Shown piece by piece: positions 9,956-18,951 of a DNA stretch of 32,000 nt. Numbering within the stretch: position 1 is the stretch's first letter; every line of letters starts with the position of its first letter. The notes below the pieces were generated by a model, which was given only the letters and a program-made list of their open reading frames with translations, had not been told where the DNA came from and did no database searches. Position numbers and translations under genes: made by a program. Origin of the DNA: Acaryochloris thomasi RCC1774 (GTDB lineage: Bacteria; Cyanobacteriota; Cyanobacteriia; Thermosynechococcales; Thermosynechococcaceae); NCBI RefSeq assembly GCF_003231495.1, contig NZ_PQWO01000017.1, positions 30,001-62,000 on the forward strand, read 5' to 3'.

Positions 9956-11460
9956 GGTAGCGCTACCCTATCTAAGGAATCCGCTGCTTTAGCTTGGAAA
10001 TGGGAAAGAACATCAGGAATAATTCTGTTCAAGTTTCCCGCCCCTAAGAACATGACGAGATCACCAGAGCAAAGATTCTGACAAAGATAGTTTGTAACAT
10101 TTGTAAGCTCGGGCTGGTAGCACACGGTACCTGAATGATGAGCAGCAATTTTTGCCGTCACCTGTTCGCCATCGATCAGGCCAGAATCCTCTTCACCTGC
10201 ACTATAAATGTCGGTCACAAGGACGACGTCAGCGTCGCTAAAGGCTTGGCTAAATTCTTCTAGAAAAGTGTGGGTCCGGCTGAAGCGATGGGGCTGGAAG
10301 ACGGCGATTACGCGCTTATAGATGGGGGCTGGTGCTGACTGTGACGGCTGTACCTGCAGTCGCGCTGAAGCCAGAGTCGCCGTGATTTCACTAGGATGGT
10401 GGGCATAGTCATCAATGAAGCAGATTCCTTGGGCTTCGCCGCGATGTTCAAACCGTCGTCTGGCCCCTTCGAAGCTAGCCATAGCATTAGCAATGGTGGG
10501 AAAGTCTAGGTTGAGTTGACGTGCGATCGCAACTGCAGCCAGCGCATTACTCAGATTATGCTCTCCCAGCAAATTGAGATGCATCTCTCCCAATAACTCT
10601 CCCTTTTCCAGGACTTGTGCAACTGTCCCAGAGGCCGTATAGATCACCTGTCGCACAGAATAATCAGCCCCGACCTCTTCGTTGAGGCTGTAGGTCAAAA
10701 TTTCTTTTGTGGAATTTGCCGGAATCAGACGTTCACGAATATTTGGGCAATCAATACACACAATCAAACATTGGCAGTGGTTGACAAAAGCCTGAAAAAT
10801 CTCGAGTACCTGATCCAGCGTCGTATAGTGATCAGGATGATCGAGCTCAATATTCGTAATCACACCCATTTTTGGAGAAAACTTGACGAGCGACCCATCG
10901 GACTCATCGGCCTCAGCAACCAAGTAAGGACTATTACCCACCCGAGCATTACCATTCCAGGCCGCCACCTCTCCACCCACCACAATTGAAGGATCTAACC
11001 GCCCCTCTAAGAGAACGTAGCCCAACAAACTGCTAGTCGTCGTCTTACCATGCGTTCCAGCCACAGCAATACCGCAGGGCGTTTCCTTAATTAAGGCCGC
11101 TAGTACATCTGAACGATGAAAGATCGGGCAACCTAACTCCACTGCTGCCCGATACTCGGGATTATCAGCATGAATCGCGGTTGAACAAACGACTTGAGGC
11201 AGAACGGGAGAGGCATCCTGACTCTTTTGATTTGCCTCGGCCTGTGACGCTAGAAGTTGAGTGAGATTACCCGCATCCTGCCGCCAAAAAATCTGAGCAC
11301 CCAGTGCCTGTAGCTTCTGAGTAATGCTACTCTGACGGACATCCGAGCCAGAAATGGGTAAATTTCGCTGAACCAGCACGTGAGCAAGGGCCGACATTCC
11401 GATGCCGCCAATCCCGATAAAGTGGACTGGTCGACCAGTTAAATCAACGGAATCAGGCAT
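9952..11460 (-). CDS. murC: UDP-N-acetylmuramate--L-alanine ligase
   Basis: 502 aa. HFIGIGGIGMSALAHVL (Rossmann N-domain), AVAGTHGKTTTSSLL (P-loop), DDYAHHPSEI. Translationally coupled to murB. Confidence 0.92.
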   Translation of the reverse strand: MPDSVDLTGRPVHFIGIGGIGMSALAHVLVQRNLPISGSDVRQSSITQKLQALGAQIFWRQDAGNLTQLLASQAEANQKSQDASPVLPQVVCSTAIHADNPEYRAAVELGCPIFHRSDVLAALIKETPCGIAVAGTHGKTTTSSLLGYVLLEGRLDPSIVVGGEVAAWNGNARVGNSPYLVAEADESDGSLVKFSPKMGVITNIELDHPDHYTTLDQVLEIFQAFVNHCQCLIVCIDCPNIRERLIPANSTKEILTYSLNEEVGADYSVRQVIYTASGTVAQVLEKGELLGEMHLNLLGEHNLSNALAAVAIARQLNLDFPTIANAMASFEGARRRFEHRGEAQGICFIDDYAHHPSEITATLASARLQVQPSQSAPAPIYKRVIAVFQPHRFSRTHTFLEEFSQAFSDADVVLVTDIYSAGEEDSGLIDGEQVTAKIAAHHSGTVCYQPELTNVTNYLCQNLCSGDLVMFLGAGNLNRIIPDVLSHFQAKAADSLDRVALP

Positions 11461-11662
11461 CTCTTCAGCTTTACTCCTTCACGCATCACACTGGATTACA
11501 CGCGACATCATAGCAGGAATCCACTGAGATCTCGGTAGATTCTAAGCCTTACCCCCAGATGGCTCTACATTTGCTTAATCTTTGCCCAAAACATTGATTA
11601 ACGGTCGGAGCCTAGCTCGCCAGTAGAACACGTGTTTTAACCAGAGTGTGCGGGATTGTCGG

Positions 11663-11680
11663 ATTTGTGTCAACACAAAT
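11663..11680. promoter_or_regulatory. perfect 18-bp palindrome ATTTGTGTcaACACAAAT in the murC / trmJ-like divergent promoter region
   Basis: Arms 11663-11670 and 11673-11680 are exact reverse complements with a 2-nt centre. That centre is too short for an RNA loop, so a dimeric-protein operator is the more natural reading. Confidence 0.3.
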
Positions 11681-11803
11681 TTTCGTAAAGCAGGATGAAG
11701 CTTTGCCTGTATGCTAGAGACCCACATTCTATCCGTAATGTTGCTGGCGTTATCCCCCTAAAAACGGATGCTCGCCCTATCGCTAAAGGCTCTCCACCTA
11801 TAG

Positions 11804-12571
11804 ATGAGTCTCTCCTCTCAAACCCTCAATAATATTCGCGTTGTCTTGGTTGAACCTGCTGGGGCAGCCAATGTAGGCTCCGTGGCCCGAGTCATGAAGA
11901 ACATGGGGCTGCAGCACCTTACCTTTGTAAACCCTCAATGCGATCCCCTGGGGCAAGAGGCCCAATGGATGGCAGTTCATGCTAAAGACTTACTTGAATC
12001 AGCTCAGCAAGTTGCAACTTTACCAGAGGCCCTTTCGGGTTGCCAGCGAGCAATCGCCACAACAGCCCGGAGCCAGCGTCATTTAGCTATTGAGCCGCAT
12101 CCACCTCGCACCGTGCTGCCGTGGCTGTTAGATTGCCCGTCAGCCCTTATTTTTGGTCCAGAGGATCGAGGCTTAAGCAACCAGGAATTGAACTATGCCC
12201 AGCGATTTTTGTGCATTCCCACCAGCGATGAGTACAAAGCGCTCAACTTGGCTCAGGCCGTTGCAGTCTGTACCTATGAACTGCGTCAGGCGATCATTCA
12301 TTCCGGTCCTGACCTTCCTGCACCTATAGTAGAACCGCACAACATCTTACCCCGCGACCATGTGCCTGCAACGCTTGATCAAATAGAAGCCCACTACGAG
12401 CAGCTAGAGGCACTCTTGTTGGAGGTTGGGTTTCTATACCCTCATACGGCCCAGGCACGGATGATGAAGCTGCGGCGATTGTTTAATCGAGCCAATCTCT
12501 CAGAATCAGAGGTTGCAATGCTGCGCGGTATTCATCGCCAGATTAGCTGGAAGCTGTCGCAAATTCGTTAA
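11804..12571 (+). CDS. trmJ: SpoU/TrmH-superfamily RNA 2'-O-methyltransferase, TrmJ-like
   Basis: 255 aa. N-terminus IRVVLVEPAGAANVGSVARVMKNMGL..L.FVNP closely follows the TrmJ pattern. The SPOUT knot region reads ALIFGPEDRGLSNQEL...IPT....ALNLAQAVAVCTYEL. Confidence 0.75.
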   Translation: MSLSSQTLNNIRVVLVEPAGAANVGSVARVMKNMGLQHLTFVNPQCDPLGQEAQWMAVHAKDLLESAQQVATLPEALSGCQRAIATTARSQRHLAIEPHPPRTVLPWLLDCPSALIFGPEDRGLSNQELNYAQRFLCIPTSDEYKALNLAQAVAVCTYELRQAIIHSGPDLPAPIVEPHNILPRDHVPATLDQIEAHYEQLEALLLEVGFLYPHTAQARMMKLRRLFNRANLSESEVAMLRGIHRQISWKLSQIR

Positions 12572-12598
12572 GATTTGGGTCTGCATTGTTCGAGAACC

Positions 12599-12614
12599 TT
12601 GGCAATATTGCCAA
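12599..12614. promoter_or_regulatory. perfect 16-bp palindrome TTGGCAATATTGCCAA upstream of the serine-hydrolase gene
   Basis: Exact self-complementary 16-mer located 28 nt after the trmJ-like stop and about 100 nt before the next start. The flanking A/T runs are on the wrong sides for a terminator on either strand. Confidence 0.3.
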
Positions 12615-12714
12615 AAAACAGATACTTTGATACAGCCAGTACACAAGGCGCTAGAGTAGCAAGAACAATTTAGACCGGTTGTAGGATCGGTGAAATTCCT
12701 CTAGCAACTGTAGC

Positions 12715-14214
12715 GTGCTAGCATTCATGGCCGTATATTTTAGGTCGCTTAATCGAGGAGAATTCCCAGTGTTACAAAGCTCTGGACAAACATTAAGTTA
12801 CCGAAAACGTCGATACCTTCTTAAACAGCGACGGCAGCGTGCCCATCAACGGTCTCGAACCGTTTCGTTCCATCGCAACACTCCATCTCCTCAGGGAAGC
12901 TCTCGAAACGTGGCCCATGGCATAGCGTCAAAGCGTCGCTCCCCGATGATTTCGTCTACGCCTTCATCACGGACAAGGTCGCCCCAGATAAAGCCTCTGC
13001 AAACAGCCACTGCTCCTCGCTTCACAATCGCTAGTCAATCAGCAGTGAATCGAAAACCTGTGGTGTCACCGGTGGTCGAGACCCGCACAAAAGCCATCCC
13101 ATCTAAGCGAGCGCCGTTAAATTCCTCTCGCAATGAAACTTCTGCACAGCGTCCGATCCTTTACCCGGTTCGGCTCTTGGTGACAGGGTTAGGGGTAGGT
13201 GCGATCGCAGGCACAATTCTTGCCATTGTCGATCCAACGCCTAAGTCAACACTATCAACTCGCTCAACAGAGGTTTTATCTGTCCCGGAAGCCACAGTAC
13301 AGGCGTTAGGCCCTTCAGGTTCTCCAAGTACACTTAACTCATCTATCAATGCAACCCTCGCAGAAGAGGCAAAGCAACCAAAAGTCAGCAAGCCACGACA
13401 CCCCCAACAGCTAGCGCTCGATGCTCTGAAATCGGAAATTGGGCAAATGGCGGCGGCCCAAAAGGGTTTGACGCCAGGCATGTACTTCCTGAATGCAGAC
13501 ACAGGCGCAACTCTTGATATTGCTGGAGACCAAGCTTTTTCTGCGGCCAGCACTATCAAGGTACCTGTACTGCTGGCCTTCTTCCAGGCGATTGATGCGG
13601 GTGAAGTTAACCTTGACGATAAGCTGGTCATGCGTCCTGATCTGATTGCAACAGAGTCAGGGACGATGCAGTATCAGCCCCCCGGGACTGAGTTCAGCGC
13701 CCTGGAAACAGCGCAGAAAATGATCACCATCAGCGACAATACTGCGACCAATATGCTGATTGATTTACTGGGTGGCGCAGATCGTCTCAACCGCCAGTTC
13801 CGGGGGTGGGGGCTGAAGCATACTGAGATTCGTAATCCACTGCCTGATCTAGATGGGACAAACACCATAAGCCCTCAAGATTTATCTAACTTGATGCTGA
13901 AGCTAAGCCGTGGCGAGCTACTGTCTATCGAGAGTCGCGATCAGACACTCAAGATTATGCGCAACACGGTGACCAAAACGCTGCTGCCTCGGGGACTCGA
14001 TTCAGCGGCCAGCATTGCTCATAAAACCGGAGATATTGGTTCAATTGTCGGAGATACAGGTCTAATCGAGATGCCCAACGGTCAACGGTATGTTGCAACC
14101 GTGATGGTTGAACGTCCCCATAATGATCCTCGGGCTCAGGAGCTGATTCGTAAGATTTCTCGCATGACCTACAAGGTGTTCAGTCAAAAAACTCAGCCAG
14201 AGCTACCCCAATAG
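12715..14214 (+). CDS. membrane-anchored class-A beta-lactamase-fold serine hydrolase with a long basic N-terminal tail
   Basis: 499 aa. The catalytic triad of motifs is seen: S-T-I-K (AASTIKVPVLL), S-D-N (ISDNTATN), K-T-G (HKTGDIG). One TM helix (LLVTGLGVGAIAGTILAIV) follows about 150 residues rich in R/K/S/P. The start is uncertain: GTG 12715 or ATG 12727. Confidence 0.75.
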   Translation: MLAFMAVYFRSLNRGEFPVLQSSGQTLSYRKRRYLLKQRRQRAHQRSRTVSFHRNTPSPQGSSRNVAHGIASKRRSPMISSTPSSRTRSPQIKPLQTATAPRFTIASQSAVNRKPVVSPVVETRTKAIPSKRAPLNSSRNETSAQRPILYPVRLLVTGLGVGAIAGTILAIVDPTPKSTLSTRSTEVLSVPEATVQALGPSGSPSTLNSSINATLAEEAKQPKVSKPRHPQQLALDALKSEIGQMAAAQKGLTPGMYFLNADTGATLDIAGDQAFSAASTIKVPVLLAFFQAIDAGEVNLDDKLVMRPDLIATESGTMQYQPPGTEFSALETAQKMITISDNTATNMLIDLLGGADRLNRQFRGWGLKHTEIRNPLPDLDGTNTISPQDLSNLMLKLSRGELLSIESRDQTLKIMRNTVTKTLLPRGLDSAASIAHKTGDIGSIVGDTGLIEMPNGQRYVATVMVERPHNDPRAQELIRKISRMTYKVFSQKTQPELPQ

Positions 14215-14269
14215 GCATCTGCCGCTTCCATCGTGGCGTGGCCTGCAATACAACTGGGATGTTACGTTC

Positions 14270-14656
14270 ATGACTTTGTCAGCGCCCATCAATCGCAATC
14301 GGTTACAAGAATACTCTGGGGGAGATATTGAGTTTGAGCAAGAACTCTTGGATCTATTCGTAACGGATGCACGGCAGCACCTGAACAGAATAGAAGATGC
14401 AGTTAACGGTATGTCTTCAGCAACAGGCTTACAGAGGAGTGACATCTCTCAAACGCTGGAGATTATTTATGAAGAAGCCCATCAACTCAAGGGGGCCAGC
14501 GGCAATATCGGTGCCGATGCCTTTCAAAGCATCGCGGCGCAGTTAGAACAGGATGCAAAGCAGGAATTAGCTGAGCGCTGTGAGCATCACCTAGCTGATC
14601 TAAAGCGTGTTTTTGTTGATCTAACCGATCAGGTCCAGGAATGGTCCAAGGTCTAG
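14270..14656 (+). CDS. histidine phosphotransfer (Hpt) domain protein
   Basis: 128 aa four-helix-bundle-sized protein with the Hpt signature EEAHQLKGASGNIGA (phosphorylatable His in HxxKG). Confidence 0.8.
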   Translation: MTLSAPINRNRLQEYSGGDIEFEQELLDLFVTDARQHLNRIEDAVNGMSSATGLQRSDISQTLEIIYEEAHQLKGASGNIGADAFQSIAAQLEQDAKQELAERCEHHLADLKRVFVDLTDQVQEWSKV

Positions 14657-14780
14657 CCTGCAGCCCTGCATCAGATCCAATTTATAGAAAGGGTTTTCAA
14701 GTTTTGTCGCGCTCCAAAGTGATGGATCACAGGGCCAACCTCTACAATCAGAGTAAATATGTTGGGGTACTAACCGCTAG

Positions 14781-15809
14781 ATGCGATTTATTGATCAGGC
14801 AGACATTCGAGTGCAAGGCGGCAAGGGGGGCGATGGAATGGTGGCCTTCCGGCGCGAGAAATATGTGCCAGCGGGCGGACCGGCAGGCGGCAATGGTGGG
14901 AAAGGTGGCTCCGTCATTTTGCAGGCTGTGTCGAACCTCCAGACTTTATTAGACTTCAAATATTCCCGGATCTTTGCAGCCCAGGATGGGCGAAAGGGAG
15001 GCCCCAAAAATTTGACGGGAGCGGGAGGAGATGATCTGAACGTCGAAGTTCCCTGCGGCACGGCGGTATACGATGTTGACTCGGGTGAACTACTTGGTGA
15101 TCTGACAGAGGTCGATCAAACTTTGATCGTTGCCATCGGTGGCAAAGGGGGGCTGGGAAACAAGCATTTTCTGAGCAATCGAACCCGCGCCCCCGAACAT
15201 TCGCTGCCTGGACTGTTGGGACAAGAGCGGAACCTCCGTTTAGAGCTGAAGCTGCTGGCAGATGTAGGTATCATTGGTCTACCCAATGCCGGGAAATCAA
15301 CGCTGATAGCAGTGCTATCTGCAGCGCGTCCTAAAATTGCAGACTATCCGTTTACCACTTTGATCCCTAATTTAGGCGTTGTTCCTCACCCGAGCGGGGA
15401 CGGAATTGTCTTTGCCGATATTCCAGGTCTAATCGCGGGTGCCCATGAAGGAACGGGCCTTGGGCATGACTTTCTTCGGCATGTCGAGCGAACCCGATTG
15501 TTAGTTCACCTGATTGATGCCACTGCGGAAGATCCGGTACGAGACTACCAAACAATCCAGAAAGAATTGCAGGCCTACAATCGTGACCTGGCCCAACGAC
15601 ACCAGATTGTGGTCTTAAATAAAGTCGATGCAATATTGCCTGAACAGTTGGGGCACACTCTGGAGCAAGTCCAGCAGGCAACAGCAACTCCTGTCCTGAC
15701 GATTTCTGCTGTGGCGAAGACAGGCCTCGATCCTTTACTACAAAAGATCTGGTCACAACTTGAAGTCATTAAAAAATCCGTAACCACCAACATGAATGTC
15801 ATTTCTTAG
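14781..15809 (+). CDS. obg: GTPase Obg
   Basis: 342 aa. [39 protein letters not shown] (Obg fold), then G1 [10 protein letters not shown]3 DIPGLI and G4 NKVD. Confidence 0.95.
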   Translation: MRFIDQADIRVQGGKGGDGMVAFRREKYVPAGGPAGGNGGKGGSVILQAVSNLQTLLDFKYSRIFAAQDGRKGGPKNLTGAGGDDLNVEVPCGTAVYDVDSGELLGDLTEVDQTLIVAIGGKGGLGNKHFLSNRTRAPEHSLPGLLGQERNLRLELKLLADVGIIGLPNAGKSTLIAVLSAARPKIADYPFTTLIPNLGVVPHPSGDGIVFADIPGLIAGAHEGTGLGHDFLRHVERTRLLVHLIDATAEDPVRDYQTIQKELQAYNRDLAQRHQIVVLNKVDAILPEQLGHTLEQVQQATATPVLTISAVAKTGLDPLLQKIWSQLEVIKKSVTTNMNVIS

Positions 15810-15960
15810 GTCAAAATAAACAGTAGAGTCAGCATAGGTTTATTTATTTTCGTATCGTTTTGAAGATTTATCGTTGTTTTAATCATTTTTGTACGCGATC
15901 TTGCCCGGTCGCAGCCTGATATTAGCGAATCAATATAGACTCCAGATTGGACCCTTAAGC

Positions 15961-16608
15961 ATGCCAGACCTAAGCACCACTGAACAAAATAAACTGCTGC
16001 TCATTGATGATGATCCGAACCTTGTTTTATTGGTGAAAGATTATTTAGAGCTGCGGGGCTACGAAGTGGTCACCGCAAAGAATGGCCGCGAGGCATTGAG
16101 AGTTCTGGAGCAAAATTTGCCCAGTCTGATTATTTGCGATGTCATGATGCCAGAGATGGACGGCTATTCGTTTGTAAAGCGGGTTCGCGACAATCCTCAA
16201 ACGAGCTGGTTACCGGTCTTATTTTTATCTGCAAAAGGACAAATTCAGGATCGAGTTACAGGTTTGAATACTGGGGCCGATGTTTACATGGTGAAGCCCT
16301 TCGAACCGGATGAATTAGTCGCTCAAATTGAGGCATCGCTGAAACAAACGGCGCGAATGCAGCAGCAACAGAATGCCCCCATTGAGGGTGAAGTCTCCAT
16401 TAATGTTCCTTTTGATGTTGATTTGACACCGACAGAACAAAAGGTGATTCAGCTGGTGGCGAAGGGCATGTCAAACCGTGAAATTGCGGCAGGGTTAAGC
16501 GTGAGTCAGCGTACGGTTGAGAGTCACGTCAGCAATATGCTGGGCAAAACGGGACTCAACAACCGGACAGAGCTTGCTCGCTGGGCCATTGAACAACGCA
16601 TGATCTAA
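15961..16608 (+). CDS. NarL/LuxR-type two-component response regulator
   Basis: The ORF track starts at TTG 15889. ATG 15961 gives MPDLSTTEQNKLLLIDDD. REC domain with acceptor Asp in IICDVMMPEMDG and KPF. C-terminal LuxR HTH LTPTEQKVIQLVAKGMSNREIAAGLSVSQRTVESHVSNMLGK. Confidence 0.9.
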   Translation: MPDLSTTEQNKLLLIDDDPNLVLLVKDYLELRGYEVVTAKNGREALRVLEQNLPSLIICDVMMPEMDGYSFVKRVRDNPQTSWLPVLFLSAKGQIQDRVTGLNTGADVYMVKPFEPDELVAQIEASLKQTARMQQQQNAPIEGEVSINVPFDVDLTPTEQKVIQLVAKGMSNREIAAGLSVSQRTVESHVSNMLGKTGLNNRTELARWAIEQRMI

Positions 16609-16874
16609 GATGGGCGACGTTCCAGCCACAGTAGGCCAACCATCAAACCAAAAACACTGAGCTGCACCATTAGGTTAAAGAAGGTCGTGCTGAAGTCTTC
16701 TCCGGCTAGAAGCTTGAAGAAGAAGATGAAGCCTCCTAGCAAAGCAGAGGCGGCAAAGGCGATGTAGAAAAACTGCCTCAGGCCTCGGAAAGGTGCTTTG
16801 GCTTCAGCCCGCAGGCGCTCTAGGCGTTCTGGATCAAGGGAGTTTTTGGGGTTAGATGAGTTGGGATTTGTCAT
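16605..16874 (-). CDS. small two-TM membrane protein (resembles the cyanobacterial/plastid DUF3493-type family, from memory)
   Basis: 89 aa. Basic amphipathic N-region (ERLERLRAEAKAPFRGLRQFFY) followed by two hydrophobic helices. Family name is recollection only. Confidence 0.55.
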   Translation of the reverse strand: MTNPNSSNPKNSLDPERLERLRAEAKAPFRGLRQFFYIAFAASALLGGFIFFFKLLAGEDFSTTFFNLMVQLSVFGLMVGLLWLERRPS

Positions 16875-16991
16875 GCAGGTGCAGTCGGCTTTAGACGGGG
16901 TGGCAGGGGGACTAGAATACTAATCATATCAATCTGGCTCAAGTCTCACGTTTTAGTTTGAGCGTGTGGCTCATTCTCAGCAGGAGTTCCT

Positions 16992-17684
16992 ATGCCTCAG
17001 CCTTCTCTTGAAACCGACCAAATGCCGGTGCCATTGCGGATTTTTGCAACACAACAGCTTTTGGGTGCTGAGCAGCTATCGGTCCTCTGTCAGCTTGAAA
17101 CGTTTTTCCCTGAGGGACTGCAAGATCGTCATTGGTCGTACGATGAGCCAGATACTGATGTGCTAAACCTTCGGATTGATGCTCTGATGAAGACTTGGCG
17201 AGATAAGCGGCCTGAACAGGAACCCCCGGCTCCCGTTTGGAAATGCGATCGCAACTCAATCACCACTCACCCTCAACTCTTGCATTTACTCACCTGTCAC
17301 GATCAGCTCTGGGAAGAAGCGATTGCCCATGATCTGAGCCTTCCGCAGTGGGTGGTTGCAGCCTGGTGGTGGGGCTGTGCTGCCGTTGTCTGCAATACCT
17401 CAGCGGAGAAGCTGGAGTTTGCGATCGCAGGGTGGCAGCAGCGCTATCGCTGTGCGGTTCTCTATCTTCAGTCCCCTGAGATGAAACAAGATCCCAAGCT
17501 TGTCGCAGAATATCAGGCCGACTTGAAATACAGCAGCTCAGCCCATATCCCTCAGACCGTCGATCTGGCTTGGGCCGCAAAAGATGATTTCAACTGGAAA
17601 CATTGGCAGCTCCCCTCTGCTCTGCAGCCTTGGGGAAGTCGCGCCCAGTGGGGAAAAGAAGTCATGGCCCGGCCCCAGGCCTAG
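16992..17684 (+). CDS. hypothetical Trp-rich protein
   Basis: 230-aa ORF with ATG preceded by AGGAG at a 7-nt spacing. 14 Trp residues, including a WWW run. No family recognised. Confidence 0.6.
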   Translation: MPQPSLETDQMPVPLRIFATQQLLGAEQLSVLCQLETFFPEGLQDRHWSYDEPDTDVLNLRIDALMKTWRDKRPEQEPPAPVWKCDRNSITTHPQLLHLLTCHDQLWEEAIAHDLSLPQWVVAAWWWGCAAVVCNTSAEKLEFAIAGWQQRYRCAVLYLQSPEMKQDPKLVAEYQADLKYSSSAHIPQTVDLAWAAKDDFNWKHWQLPSALQPWGSRAQWGKEVMARPQA

Positions 17685-17782
17685 ATTTTTGAGATGGGGC
17701 ACGATTACTAGCTGTCAAGCGTCTAAATGTTGGATTGCATATATGTGGAAACTAGACAGTTTTGAAGTATTGGAGTGAATGG

Positions 17783-18814
17783 GTGCGTCGAGCAAAGTGG
17801 GTAAGATGGGGACAAGTCTTAGGATTATTTGCGATCGCACTTTCCCTAACGCTGATCGCCTGCAACAGCATTGCCCCCCCAACAGACCCCATCCCTACAG
17901 CAGCCCCGGCAAGCCCAGCCCCCATTCCAGAACCGACAGCATCGGCTCAGCCCCCAGCTCCACAGGTGAGTATTGAGCGATTGATGGGGCATATGGAAGC
18001 CCTCAATCATGAGCGATTTACAGAGGACGATCGCCGACGCACCCGTGACTACGCTTCAGAGGTTCTGCAAGCCGAGGGATGGGTGATCAGTGAACAAACC
18101 TTTGACACCGGCGTTAATCTTGTCGCCCAACGTCCCGATGCCGATCCCAGCGCAGAGAAAATCCTAGTCGCCGCCCACTATGACAGCGTTAGAGGATCTC
18201 CAGGCGCAGACGACAATGCCAGCGGCGTGGCCGCAGCGCTCGAAGTCGCCAGCATTTTAGGCAACCGCCCTACAAACCGGACGCTGCAGATTGTTCTCTT
18301 TGATCAAGAAGAAGCTCAATTAGTGGGCAGCTCCGCCTATGTCGAAGAAGCTCGCAATCTAGAAAATGTAGCAGGGGTTGTCGTTCTGGAAATGCTGGGC
18401 TATGCCTGCTATACAGAGGGATGCCAGCAACAACCCGCAGGCTTGTCCATCGCCACCCCCAGTAAAGTCGGTGACTTTCTCGCCGTCGTCGGAGACACCG
18501 AACATCGCCCACTGTTAGAAGCCTTTGAACGAACGGATGCCAATCTGCCCACTACCTTGACCCTACCGGTCCCCGCAAAAGGCCTACTGTCCCCCATGTT
18601 GCTGCTGAGCGACCACACCCCCTTTTGGTTCAAGAACGTGGGTGCCGTCATGGTCACAGATACCGCCTTCTTGCGGAATCCTCACTACCATCGCAGTAGC
18701 GACACCCCTGACACCTTCGACCGCGACTTTTTCCAGGGCGTAACGCAAATAGTCGCCAACGCCACCTCTGGCCTCTTAGCTGGACAAACCCCACTACTCA
18801 CGCCTCGCCCTTAA
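17783..18814 (+). CDS. M28-family metallopeptidase (aminopeptidase), probable lipoprotein
   Basis: M28 zinc-site motifs ILVAAHYDSV, GADDNASGVAAALE and FDQEEAQLVGS. GTG 17783 sits 7 nt after GGAG and gives a lipoprotein signal (V)RRAKWVRWGQVLGLFAIALSLTLIAC. The ORF track starts at TTG 17762. Confidence 0.85.
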   Translation: MRRAKWVRWGQVLGLFAIALSLTLIACNSIAPPTDPIPTAAPASPAPIPEPTASAQPPAPQVSIERLMGHMEALNHERFTEDDRRRTRDYASEVLQAEGWVISEQTFDTGVNLVAQRPDADPSAEKILVAAHYDSVRGSPGADDNASGVAAALEVASILGNRPTNRTLQIVLFDQEEAQLVGSSAYVEEARNLENVAGVVVLEMLGYACYTEGCQQQPAGLSIATPSKVGDFLAVVGDTEHRPLLEAFERTDANLPTTLTLPVPAKGLLSPMLLLSDHTPFWFKNVGAVMVTDTAFLRNPHYHRSSDTPDTFDRDFFQGVTQIVANATSGLLAGQTPLLTPRP

Positions 18815-18951
18815 GATCGCCCGTGATTATGAGAATTGGGCATCTTTATATTAATTTTTGATTCGGCTCTGCTCCATAGCTGCTTACCCTAGAAGGAGCA
18901 TCGCTTATGACCTAATCCGCTCTATTGGATGAAAATCTTAGAACTTCTCTA

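Noticed and set aside
13161-13868. 156-aa and 64-aa minus-strand ORFs inside the serine-hydrolase gene
   Set aside because: They are antisense to a frame that carries SxxK, SDN and KTG motifs in the correct order. The translations are Ala/Ser/Pro-rich shadows.
14641-15061. 103-aa plus-strand ORF bridging the Hpt-obg spacer, and an 88-aa minus-strand ORF over the obg 5' end
   Set aside because: Both overlap the Gly-rich Obg-fold coding region, whose frame is certain. The minus ORF is the Pro-rich mirror of the GGxGG repeats.
15367-15802. 129-aa and 75-aa minus-strand ORFs inside obg
   Set aside because: They are antisense to the conserved G-domain, with no motifs.
15813-15850. AAATAAAC / GTTTATTT hairpin followed by ATTTT after obg
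   Set aside because: The 8-bp stem is almost purely A-T, with a long loop. It is too weak to call a terminator with confidence.
15889-15960. 24-codon TTG-initiated extension of the response regulator
   Set aside because: The REC domain begins right after ATG 15961 (KLLLIDDD). The extension is hydrophobic or odd and starts with TTG.
16990-17259. 89-aa minus-strand ORF, and the 66-aa plus-strand ORF at 16966-17166
   Set aside because: They overlap the 230-aa plus-strand ORF, which is longer and has an AGGAG-N7-ATG start. The competitors lack SD sequences.
17584-17976. 64-aa and 65-aa plus-strand ORFs around the M28 peptidase start
   Set aside because: They are off-frame with respect to the peptidase lipoprotein signal. 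The M28 frame is supported by zinc-ligand motifs.
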